Assembly (NCBI GenBank): GCA_964057225.1
Contig: OZ059899.1
Coordinates: forward strand, 20,460,001 to 20,524,000
DNA length: 64,000 nucleotides
From: Auanema rhodensis
Lineage: Eukaryota; Animalia; Nematoda
Reading direction: 5' to 3'
In this document: in pieces, positions 23,839 through 36,100 of the stretch
How the letters are laid out: each line of letters opens with the position of its first letter
Position numbering within the stretch: the first letter of the stretch is position 1
Translations under genes and position numbers: made by a program
The notes under the pieces: model-generated
Databases searched by the model: none
What the model saw: the letters and a program-made list of their open reading frames with translations, nothing else
Told to the model about the DNA's origin: nothing

Positions 23839-26800
23839 AGTTGATATCTCGGTGCATTTTTAAGCTAGCGCAAATCTGATAACACAGATCGACGCAGCTT
23901 AAAAATCCGCATCGAATGCACTATACAACATTGAGAAACGCTTGATACAAAAATTAGTTATGATCGTTTGAAAAATGATGCATTAGTGTATATTGAGTTT
24001 CCATGTACACTCAACATTGCTTCCAAAAACATTTTGACAAAAATGTTTCCGAAAAATTTCGAAATAATTTCGCGAAAAGTAGATGTTTTTAGATTCCTTT
24101 TTTCAAGGCAAAGACGATGGACAATGTTATTCAACGAAAAAATTAATTCTCCAGGGTGAAAATCGAGGATATAAGTGTGAACTTATATCAGTTGATATCT
24201 CGGTGCAATTTTAAGCTAGCGCAAATCTGATAATACAGATCGACGCAGCTTAAAAATCCGCATCGAATGCACTATACTGCATTGAGAAACGCTTAATACA
24301 AAAGTTAGTTATGATCGTTTGAAAAATGATGCATTAGTGTATGTTGAGTTTCCATGTACACTCAACATTGCTTCCAAAAACATTTTGACAAAAATTTTTC
24401 CGAAAAATTTCAAAATAATTTCGCAAAAAGTAGATGTTTTTAGATTCCTTTTTTCAAGGCAAAGACGATGGACAATGTTATTCAACGAAAAAATTAATTC
24501 TGCAGGGTGAAAATCGAGGATATAAGTGTGAACTTATATCAGTTGATATCTCGGTGCTTTTTTAAGCTAGCGCAAATCTGATAACACAGATCGACGCAGC
24601 TTAAAAATCCGCATCGAATGCACTACACTGCATTGAGAAACGCTTAATACAAAAGTTAGTTATGATCGTTTGAAAAATGATGCATTAGTGTATGTTGAGT
24701 TTCCATGTACACTCAACATTGCTTCCAAAAACATTTTGACAAAAATTTTTCCGAAAAATTTTAGAATAATTTCGCAAAAAGTAGGTGTTTTTAGATTCCT
24801 TTTTTCAAGGCAAAGACGATGGACAATGTTATTCAACGAAAAAATTAATTCTGCAGGGTGAAAATCGAGGATATAAGTGTGAACTTATATCAGTTGATAT
24901 CTCGGTGCATTTTTAAGCTAGCGCAAATCTGATAACACAGATCGACGCAGCTTAAAAATCCGCATCGAATGCACTATACTACATTGAGAAACGCTTGATA
25001 CAAAAATTAGGTATGATCGTTTGAAAAATGATGCATTAGTGTATGTTGAGTTTCCATGTACACTCAACATAGCTTCCAAAAACATTTTGACAAAAATTTT
25101 TCCGAAAAATTTTAAAATAATTTCGCAAAAAGTAGGTGTTTTTAGATTCCTTTTTTCAAGGCAAAGACGATGGACAATGTTATTAAACGAAAAAATTATT
25201 TCTGCAGGGTGAAAATCGAGGATATAAGTGTGAACTTATATCAGTTGATATCTCGGTGCATTTTTAAGATAGCGCAAATCTGATAACATAGATCGACGCA
25301 GCTTAAAAATCCGCATCGAATGCACTATACATCATTGAGAAACGTTTAATACAAAAATTAGTTATGATCGTTTGAAAAATGATGCATTAGTGTATATTGA
25401 GTTTCCATGTACACTCAACATAGCTTCCAAAAACATTTTGACAAAAATTTTTCCGAAAAATTTCGAAATAAATTCGCAAAAAGTAGATGTTTTTAGATTC
25501 CTTTTTTCAAGGCAAAGACGATGGACAATGTTATTCAACGAAAAAATTAATTCTGCAGGGTGAAAATCGAGGATATAAGTGTGAACTTATATCAGTTGAT
25601 ATCTCGGTGCATTTTTAAGCTAGCGCAAATCTGATAACACAGATCGACGCAGCTTAAAAATCCGCATCGAATGCACTATACTGCATTGAGAAACGCTTAA
25701 TACAAAAGTTAGTTATGATCGTTTGAAAAATGATGCATTAGTGTATGTTGAGTTTCCATGTACACTCAACATTGCTTCCAAAAACATTTTGACAAAAATT
25801 TTTCCGAAAAATTTTAAAATAATTTCGCAAAGAGTAGGTGTTTTTAGATTCCTTTTTTCAAGGCAAAGACGATGGACAATGTTATTCAACGAAAAAATTA
25901 ATTCTGCAGGGTGAAAATCGAGGATATAAGTGTGAACTTATATCAGTTGATATCTCGGTGCATTTTTAAGCTAGCGCAAATCTGATAACACAGATCGACG
26001 CAGCTTAAAAATCAGCATCGAATGCACTATACTACATTGAGAAACGCTTGGTACAAAAATTAGGTATGATCGTTTGAAAAATGATGCATTAGTGTATGTT
26101 GAGTTTCCATGTACACTCAACATTGCTTCCAAAAACATTTTGACAAAAATTTTTCCGAAAAATTTCGAAAAAATTTCGCGAAAAGTAGATGTTTTTAGAT
26201 TCCTTTTCTCAAGGCAAAGACGATGGACAGTGTTATTCAACGAAAAAATTAATTCTGCAGGGTGAAAATCGAGGATATAAGTGTGAACTTATATCAGTTG
26301 ATATCTCGGTGCATTTTTAAGCTAGCGCAAATCTGATAACACAGATCGACGCAGCTTAAAAATCCGCATCGAATGCACTATACTGCATTGAGAAACGCTT
26401 AATACAAAAGTTAGTTATGATCGTTTGAAAAATGATGCATTAGTGTATGTTGAGTTTCCATGTACACTCAACATTGCTTCCAAAAACATTTTGACAAAAA
26501 TTTTTCCGAAAAATTTTAAAATAATTTCGCAAAGAGTAGGTGTTTTTAGATTCCTTTTTTCAAGGCAAAGACGATGGACAATGTTATTCAACGAAAAAAT
26601 TAATTCTGCAGGGTGAAAATCGAGGATATAAGTGTGAACTTATATCAGTTGATATCTCGGTGCATTTTTAAGCTAGCGCAAATCTGATAACACAGATCGA
26701 CGCAGCTTAAAAATCAGCATCGAATGCACTATACATCATTGAGAAACGTTTAATACAAAAATTAGTTATGATCGTTTGAAAAATGATGCATTAGTGTATA

Positions 26801-29800
26801 TTGAGTTTCCATGTACACTCAACATAGCTTCCAAAAACATTTTGACAAAAATTTTTCCGAAAAATTTCGAAATAAATTCGCAAAAAGTAGATGTTTTTAG
26901 ATTCCTTTTTTCAAGGCAAAGACGATGGACAATGTTATTCAACGAAAAAATTAATTCTGCAGGGTGAAAATCGAGGATATAAGTGTGAACTTATATCAGT
27001 TGATATCTCGGTGCATTTTTAAGCTAGCGCAAATCTGATAACACAGATCGACGCAGCTTAAAAATCCGCATCGAATGCACTATACTGCATTGAGAAACGC
27101 TTAATACAAAAGTTAGTTATGATCGTTTGAAAAATGATGCATTAGTGTATGTTGAGTTTCCATGTACACTCAACATTGCTTCCAAAAACATTTTGACAAA
27201 AATTTTTCCGAAAAATTTTAAAATAATTTCGCAAAGAGTAGGTGTTTTTAGATTCCTTTTTTCAAGGCAAAGACGATGGACAATGTTATTCAACGAAAAA
27301 ATTAATTCTGCAGGGTGAAAATCGAGGATATAAGTGTGAACTTATATCAGTTGATATCTCGGTGCATTTTTAAGCTAGCGCAAATCTGATAACACAGATC
27401 GACGCAGCTTAAAAATCCGCATCGAATGCATTATACTACATTGAGAAACGCTTAATACAAAACTTAGTTATGATCGTTTGAAAAATGATGCATTACTGTA
27501 AGTTGAGTTTCCATGTACACTCAACATTGCTTCCAAAAACAATTTGACAAAAATTTTTCCGAAAAATTTCAAAATAATTTCGCGAAAAGTAGATGTTTTT
27601 AGATTCCTTTTTTCAAGGCAAAGACGATGGACAATGTTATTCAACGAAAAAATTAATTCTGCAGGGTGAAAATCGAGGATATAAGTGTGAACTTATATCA
27701 GTTGATATCTCGGTGCATTTTTAAGCTAGCGCAAATCTGATAACACAGATCGACGCAGCTTAAAAATCCGCATCGAATGCACTATACTACATTGAGAAAC
27801 GCTTGATACAAAAATTAGTTATGATCGTTTGAAAAAAGATGCATTAGTGTATGTTGAGTTTCCATGTACACTCAACATTGCTTCCAAAAACATTTTGACA
27901 AAAATTTTTCCAAAAAATTTCAAAATAATTTCGCAAAAAGTAAATGTTTTTAGATTCCTTTCTCCAAGGCAAAGACGATGGACAATGTTATTCAACGAAA
28001 AAATTAATTCTGCAGGGTGAAAATCGAGGATATAAGTGTGAACTTATATCAGTTGATATCTCGGTGCATTTTTAAGCTAGCGCAAATCTGATAACACAGA
28101 TCGACGCAGCTTAAAAATCCGCATCGAATGCACTATACTACATTGAAAAACGCTTGATACAAAAATTAGGTATGATCGTTTGAAAAAAGATGCATTAGTG
28201 TATGTTGAGTTTCCATGTACACTCAACATTGCTTCCAAAAACATTTTTACAAAAATTTTTCCGAAAAATTTCGAAATAATTTCGCAAAAAGTAGATGTTT
28301 TTAGATTCCTTTTTTCAAGGCAAAGACGATGAACATTGTTATTCAACGAAAAAATTGATTCTGCAGGGTGAAAATCGAGGATATAAGTGTGAACTTATAT
28401 CAGTTGATATCTCGGTGCATTTTTAAGCTAGCGCAAATCTGATAACACAGATCGACGCAGCTTAAAAATCCGCATCGAATTCACTATACTACATTGAGAA
28501 ACGCTTGATACAAAAATTAGTTATGATCGTTTGAAAAAAGATGCATTAGTGTATGTTGAGTTTCCATGTACACTCAACATTGCTTCCAAAAACATTTTGA
28601 CAAAAATTTTTCCAAAAAATTTCAAAATAATTTCGCAAAAAGTAAATGTTTTTAGATTCCTTTTTTCAAGGCAAAGACGATGAACATTGTTATTCAACGA
28701 AAAAATTGATTCTGCAGGGTGAAAATCGAGGATATAAGTGTGAACTTATATCAGTTGATATCTCGGTGCATTTTTAAGCTAGCGCAAATCTGATAACACA
28801 GATCGACGCAGCTTAAAAATCCGCATCGAATGCACTATACTACATTGAAAAATGCTTGATACAAAAATTAGGTATGATCGTTTGAAAAAAGATGCATTAG
28901 TGTATGTTGAGTTTCCATGTACACTCAACATTGCTTCCAAAAACATTTTTACAAAAATTTTTCCGAAAAATTTCGAAATAATTTCGCAAAAAGTAGATGT
29001 TTTTAGATTCCTTTTTTCAAGGCAAAGACGATGAACATTGTTATTCAACGAAAAAATTGATTCTGCAGGGTGAAAATCGAGGATATAAGTGTGAACTTAT
29101 ATCAGTTGATATCTCGGTGCATTTTTAAGCTAGCGCAAATCTGATAACACAGATCGACGCAGCTTAAAAATCCGCATCGAATGCACTATACTACATTGAG
29201 AAACGCTTGATACAAAAATTAGGTATGATCGTTTGAAAAAAGATGCATTAGTGTATGTTGAGTTTCCATGTACACTCAACATTGCTTCCAAAAACATTTT
29301 GACAAAAATTTTTCCGAAAAATTTCGAAAAAATTTCGCAAAAAGTAGATGTTTTTAGATTTCTTTTTTCAAGGCAAAGACGATGGACAATGTTATTCAAC
29401 GAAAAAATTATTTCTGCAGGGTGAAAATCGAGGATATAAGTGTGAACTTATATCAGTTGATATCTCGGTGCATTTTTAAGCTAGCGCAAATCTGATAACA
29501 CAGATCGACGCAGCTTGAAAATCCGCATCGAATGCACTATACAACATTGAGAAACGCTCAATACAAAAATTAGTTATGATCGTTTGAAAAATGATGCATT
29601 AGTGTATGTTGAGTTTCCATGTACACTCAACATTGCTTCCAAAAACATTTTGACAAAAATTTTTCCGAAAAATTTCAAAATAATTTCGCGAAAAGTAGAT
29701 GTTTTTAGATTCCTTTTTCCAAGGCAAAGACCATGGACAATGTTATTCAACGAAAAAATTATTTCTGCAGGGTGAAAATCGAGGATATAAGTGTGAACTT

Positions 29801-30199
29801 ATATCAGTTGATATCTCGGTGCATTTTTAAGCTAGCGCAAATCTGATAACACAGATCGACGCAGCTTAAAAATCCGCATCGAATGCACTATACTGCATTG
29901 AGAAACGCTTAATACAAAAGTTAGTTATGATCGTTTGAAAAATGATGCATTAGTGTATGTTGAGTTTCCATGTACACTCAACATTGCTTCCAAAAACATT
30001 TTGACAAAAATTTTTCCGAAAAATTTTAAAATAATTTCGCAAAGAGTAGGTGTTTTTAGATTCCTTTTTTCAAGGCAAAGACGATGGACAATGTTATTCA
30101 ACGAAAAAATTAATTCTGCAGGGTGAAAATCGAGGATATAAGTGTGAACTTATATCAGTTGATATCTCGGTGCATTTTTAAGCTAGCGCAAATCTGATA

Positions 30200-33100
30200 A
30201 CACAGATCGACGCAGCTTAAAAATCCGCATCGAATGCATTATACTACATTGAGAAACGCTTAATACAAAACTTAGTTATGATCGTTTGAAAAATGATGCA
30301 TTACTGTAAGTTGAGTTTCCATGCACACTCAACATTGCTTCCAAAAACATTTTGACAAAAATTTTTCCGAAAAATTTCAAAATAATTTCGCAAAAAGTAG
30401 ATGTTTTTAGATTCCTTTTTTCAAGGCAAAGACGATGGACAATGTTATTCAACGGAAAAATTAATTCTGCAGGGTGAAAATCGAGGATATAAGTGTGAAC
30501 TTATATCAGTTGATATCTCGGTGCATTTTTAAGCTAGCGCAAATCTGATAACACAGATCGACGCAGCTTAAAAATCCGCATCGAATGCACTATACTGCAT
30601 TGAGAAACGCTTAATACAAAAATTAGTTATGATCGTTTGAAAAATGATGCATTAGTGTATGTTGAGTTTCCATGTACACTCAACATTGCTTCCAAAAACA
30701 TTTTGACAAAAATTTTTCCGAAAAATTTTAAAATAATTTCGCAAAGAGTAGGTGTTTTTAGATTCCTTTTTTCAAGGCAAAGACGATGGACAATGTTATT
30801 CGATGAAAAAATTAATTCTGCAGGGTGAAAATCGAGGATATAAGTGTGAACTTATATCAGTTGATATCTCGGTGCATTTTTAAGCTAGCGCAAATCTGAT
30901 AACACAGATCGACGCAGCTTAAAAATCAGCATCGAATGCACTATACTACATTGAGAAACGCTTGATACAAAAATTAGGTATGATCGTTTGAAAAATGATG
31001 CATTAGTGTATGTTGAGTTTCCATGTACACTCAACATTGCTTCCAAAAACATTTTGACAAAAATTTTTCCGAAAAATTTCGAAAAATTTTCGCGAAAAGT
31101 AGATGTTTTTAGATTCCTTTTCTCAAGGCAAAGACGATGGACAATGTTATTCAACGAAAAAATTATTTCTGCAGGGTGAAAATCGAGGATATAAGTGTGA
31201 ACTTATATCAGTTGATATCTCGGTGCATTTTTAAGCTAGCGCAAATCTGATAACACAGATCGACGCAGCTTAAAAATCCGCATCGAATGCATTATACTAC
31301 ATTGAGAAACGCTTAATACAAAACTTAGTTATGATCGTTTGAAAAATGATGCATTACTGTAAGTTGAGTTTCCATGTACACTCAACATTGCTTCCAAAAA
31401 CATTTTTACAAAAATTTTTCCGAAAAATTTCGAAATAATTTCGCAAAAAGTAGATGTTTTTAGATTCCTTTTTTCAAGGCAAAGACGATGAACATTGTTA
31501 TTCAACGAAAAAATTGATTCTGCAGGGTGAAAATCGAGGATATAAGTGTGAACTTATATCAGTTGATATCTCGGTGCATTTTTAAGCTAGCGCAAATCTG
31601 ATAACACAGATCGACGCAGCTTAAAAATCCGCATCGAATTCACTATACTACATTGAGAAACGCTTGATACAAAAATTAGTTATGATCGTTTGAAAAAAGA
31701 TGCATTAGTGTATGTTGAGTTTCCATGTACACTCAACATTGCTTCCAAAAACATTTTGACAAAAATTTTTCCAAAAAATTTCAAAATAATTTCGCAAAAA
31801 GTAAATGTTTTTAGATTCCTTTCTCCAAGGCAAAGACGATGGACAATGTTATTCAACGAAAAAATTAATTCTGCAGGGTGAAAATCGAGGATATAAGTGT
31901 GAACTTATATCAGTTGATATCTCGGTGCATTTTTAAGCTAGCGCAAATCTGATAACACAGATCGACGCAGCTTAAAAATCCGCATCGAATGCACTATACT
32001 ACATTGAAAAACGCTTGATACAAAAATTAGGTATGATCGTTTGAAAAAAGATGCATTAGTGTATGTTGAGTTTCCATGTACACTCAACATTGCTTCCAAA
32101 AACATTTTTACAAAAATTTTTCCGAAAAATTTCGAAATAATTTCGCAAAAAGTAGATGTTTTTAGATTCCTTTTTTCAAGGCAAAGACGATGAACATTGT
32201 TATTCAACGAAAAAATTGATTCTGCAGGGTGAAAATCGAGGATATAAGTGTGAACTTATATCAGTTGATATCTCGGTGCATTTTTAAGCTAGCGCAAATC
32301 TGATAACACAGATCGACGCAGCTTAAAAATCCGCATCGAATTCACTATACTACATTGAGAAACGCTTGATACAAAAATTAGTTATGATCGTTTGAAAAAA
32401 GATGCATTAGTGTATGTTGAGTTTCCATGTACACTCAACATTGCTTCCAAAAACATTTTGACAAAAATTTTTCCAAAAAATTTCAAAATAATTTCGCAAA
32501 AAGTAAATGTTTTTAGATTCCTTTCTCCAAGGCAAAGACGATGGACAATGTTATTCAACGAAAAAATTAATTCTGCAGGGTGAAAATCGAGGATATAAGT
32601 GTGAACTTATATCAGTTGATATCACGGTGCATTTTTAAGCTAGCGCAAATCTGATAACACAGATCGACGCAGCTTAAAAATCCGCATCGAATGCACTATA
32701 CTACATTGAAAAACGCTTGATACAAAAATTAGGTATGATCGTTTGAAAAAAGATGCATTAGTGTATGTTGAGTTTCCATGTACACTCAACATTGCTTCCA
32801 AAAACATTTTTACAAAAATTTTTCCGAAAAATTTTAAAATAATTTCGCAAAGAGTAGGTGTTTTTAGATTCCTTTTTTCAAGGCAAAGACGATGGACAAT
32901 GTTATTCAACGAAAAAATTAATTCTGCAGGGTGAAAATCGAGGATATAAGTGTGAACTTATATCAGTTGATATCTCGGTGCATTTTTAAGCTAGCGCAAA
33001 TCTGATAACACAGATCGACGCAGCTTAAAAATCAGCATCGAATGCACTATACTACATTGAGAAACGCTTGATACAAAAATTAGGTATGATCGTTTGAAAA

Positions 33101-36100
33101 ATGATGCATTAGTGTATGTTGAGTTTCCATGTACACTCAACATTGCTTCCAAAAACATTTTGACAAAAATTTTTCCGAAAAATTTCGAAAAAATTTCGCG
33201 AAAAGTAGATGTTTTTAGATTCCTTCTCTCAAGGCAAAGACGATGGACAATGTTATTCAACGAAAAAATTATTTCTGCAGGGTGAAAATCGAGGATATAA
33301 GTGTGAACTTATATCAGTTGATATCTCGGTGCATTTTTAAGCTAGCGCAAATCTGATAACACAGATCGACGCAGCTTAAAAATCCGCATCGAATGCATTA
33401 TACTACATTGAGAAACGCTTAATACAAAACTTAGTTATGATCGTTTGAAAAATGATGCATTACTGTAAGTTGAGTTTCCATGTACACTCAACATTGCTTC
33501 CAAAAACATTTTGACAAAAATTTTTCCGAAAAATTTCAAAATAATTTCGCAAAAAGTAGATGTTTTTAGATTCCTTTTTTCAAGGCAAAGACGATGGACA
33601 ATGTTATTCAACGGAAAAATTAATTCTGCAGGGTGAAAATCGAGGATATAAGTGTGAACTTATATCAGTTGATATCTCGGTGCATTTTTAAGCTAGCGCA
33701 AATCTGATAACACAGATCGACGCAGCTTAAAAATCCGCATCGAATGCACTATACTGCATTGAGAAACGCTTAATACAAAAATTAGTTATGATCGTTTGAA
33801 AAATGATGCATTAGTGTATGTTGAGTTTCCATGTACACTCAACATTGCTTCCAAAAACATTTTGACAAAAATTTTTCCGAAAAATTTTAAAATAATTTCG
33901 CAAAGAGTAGGTGTTTTTAGATTCCTTTTTTCAAGGCAAAGACGATGGACAATGTTATTCAACGAAAAAATTAATTCTGCAGGGTGAAAATCGAGGATAT
34001 AAGTGTGAACTTATATCAGTTGATATCTCGGTGCATTTTTAAGCTAGCGCAAATCTGATAACACAGATCGACGCAGCTTAAAAATCAGCATCGAATGCAC
34101 TATACTACATTGAGAAACGCTTGATACAAAAATTAGGTATGATCGTTTGAAAAATGATGCATTAGTGTATGTTGAGTTTCCATGTACACTCAACATTGCT
34201 TCCAAAAACATTTTGACAAAAATTTTTCCGAAAAATTTCGAAAAATTTTCGCGAAAAGTAGATGTTTTTAGATTCCTTTTCTCAAGGCAAAGACGATGGA
34301 CAATGTTATTCAACGAAAAAATTATTTCTGCAGGGTGAAAATCGAGGATATAAGTGTGAACTTATATCAGTTGATATCTCGGTGCATTTTTAAGCTAGCG
34401 CAAATCTGATAACACAGATCGACGCAGCTTAAAAATCCGCATCGAATGCATTATACTACATTGAGAAACGCTTAATACAAAACTTAGTTATGATCGTTTG
34501 AAAAATGATGCATTACTGTAAGTTGAGTTTCCATGTACACTCAACATTGCTTCCAAAAACATTTTTACAAAAATTTTTCCGAAAAATTTCGAAATAATTT
34601 CGCAAAAAGTAGATGTTTTTAGATTCCTTTTTTCAAGGCAAAGACGATGAACATTGTTATTCAACGAAAAAATTGATTCTGCAGGGTGAAAATCGAGGAT
34701 ATAAGTGTGAACTTATATCAGTTGATATCTCGGTGCATTTTTAAGCTAGCGCAAATCTGATAACACAGATCGACGCAGCTTAAAAATCCGCATCGAATTC
34801 ACTATACTACATTGAGAAACGCTTGATACAAAAATTAGTTATGATCGTTTGAAAAAAGATGCATTAGTGTATGTTGAGTTTCCATGTACACTCAACATTG
34901 CTTCCAAAAACATTTTGACAAAAATTTTTCCAAAAAATTTCAAAATAATTTCGCAAAAAGTAAATGTTTTTAGATTCCTTTCTCCAAGGCAAAGACGATG
35001 GACAATGTTATTCAACGAAAAAATTAATTCTGCAGGGTGAAAATCGAGGATATAAGTGTGAACTTATATCAGTTGATATCTCGGTGCATTTTTAAGCTAG
35101 CGCAAATCTGATAACACAGATCGACGCAGCTTAAAAATCCGCATCGAATGCACTATACTACATTGAAAAACGCTTGATACAAAAATTAGGTATGATCGTT
35201 TGAAAAAAGATGCATTAGTGTATGTTGAGTTTCCATGTACACTCAACATTGCTTCCAAAAACATTTTTACAAAAATTTTTCCGAAAAATTTCGAAATAAT
35301 TTCGCAAAAAGTAGATGTTTTTAGATTCCTTTTTTCAAGGCAAAGACGATGAACATTGTTATTCAACGAAAAAATTGATTCTGCAGGGTGAAAATCGAGG
35401 ATATAAGTGTGAACTTATATCAGTTGATATCTCGGTGCATTTTTAAGCTAGCGCAAATCTGATAACACAGATCGACGCAGCTTAAAAATCCGCATCGAAT
35501 TCACTATACTACATTGAGAAACGCTTGATACAAAAATTAGTTATGATCGTTTGAAAAAAGATGCATTAGTGTATGTTGAGTTTCCATGTACACTCAACAT
35601 TGCTTCCAAAAACATTTTGACAAAAATTTTTCCAAAAAATTTCAAAATAATTTCGCAAAAAGTAAATGTTTTTAGATTCCTTTCTCCAAGGCAAAGACGA
35701 TGGACAATGTTATTCAACGAAAAAATTAATTCTGCAGGGTGAAAATCGAGGATATAAGTGTGAACTTATATCAGTTGATATCTCGGTGCATTTTTAAGCT
35801 AGCGCAAATCTGATAACACAGATCGACGCAGCTTGAAAATCCGCATCGAATGCACTATACTACATTGAAAAACGCTTGATACAAAAATTAGGTATGATCG
35901 TTTGAAAAAAGATGCATTAGTGTATGTTGAGTTTCCATGTACACTCAACATTGCTTCCAAAAACATTTTTACAAAAATTTTTCCGAAAAATTTCGAAATA
36001 ATTTCGCAAAAAGTAGATGTTTTTAGATTCCTTTTTTCAAGGCAAAGACGATGAACATTGTTATTCAACGAAAAAATTGATTCTGCAGGGTGAAAATCGA

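Noticed and set aside
23874-23890. Hammerhead ribozyme core as in some transcribed satellites
   Set aside because: The closest matches are CTGATAA (+), CTGATAT (-) and CTGAAGC (182 minus strand). None fits CUGANGA with a stem II followed by GAAA. An Infernal/Rfam scan would settle it.
24493-24508. Splice-acceptor-like TTCTGCAG/G and donor-like GTAAGT variants
   Set aside because: Short motifs expected by chance, with no exon structure or coding context.
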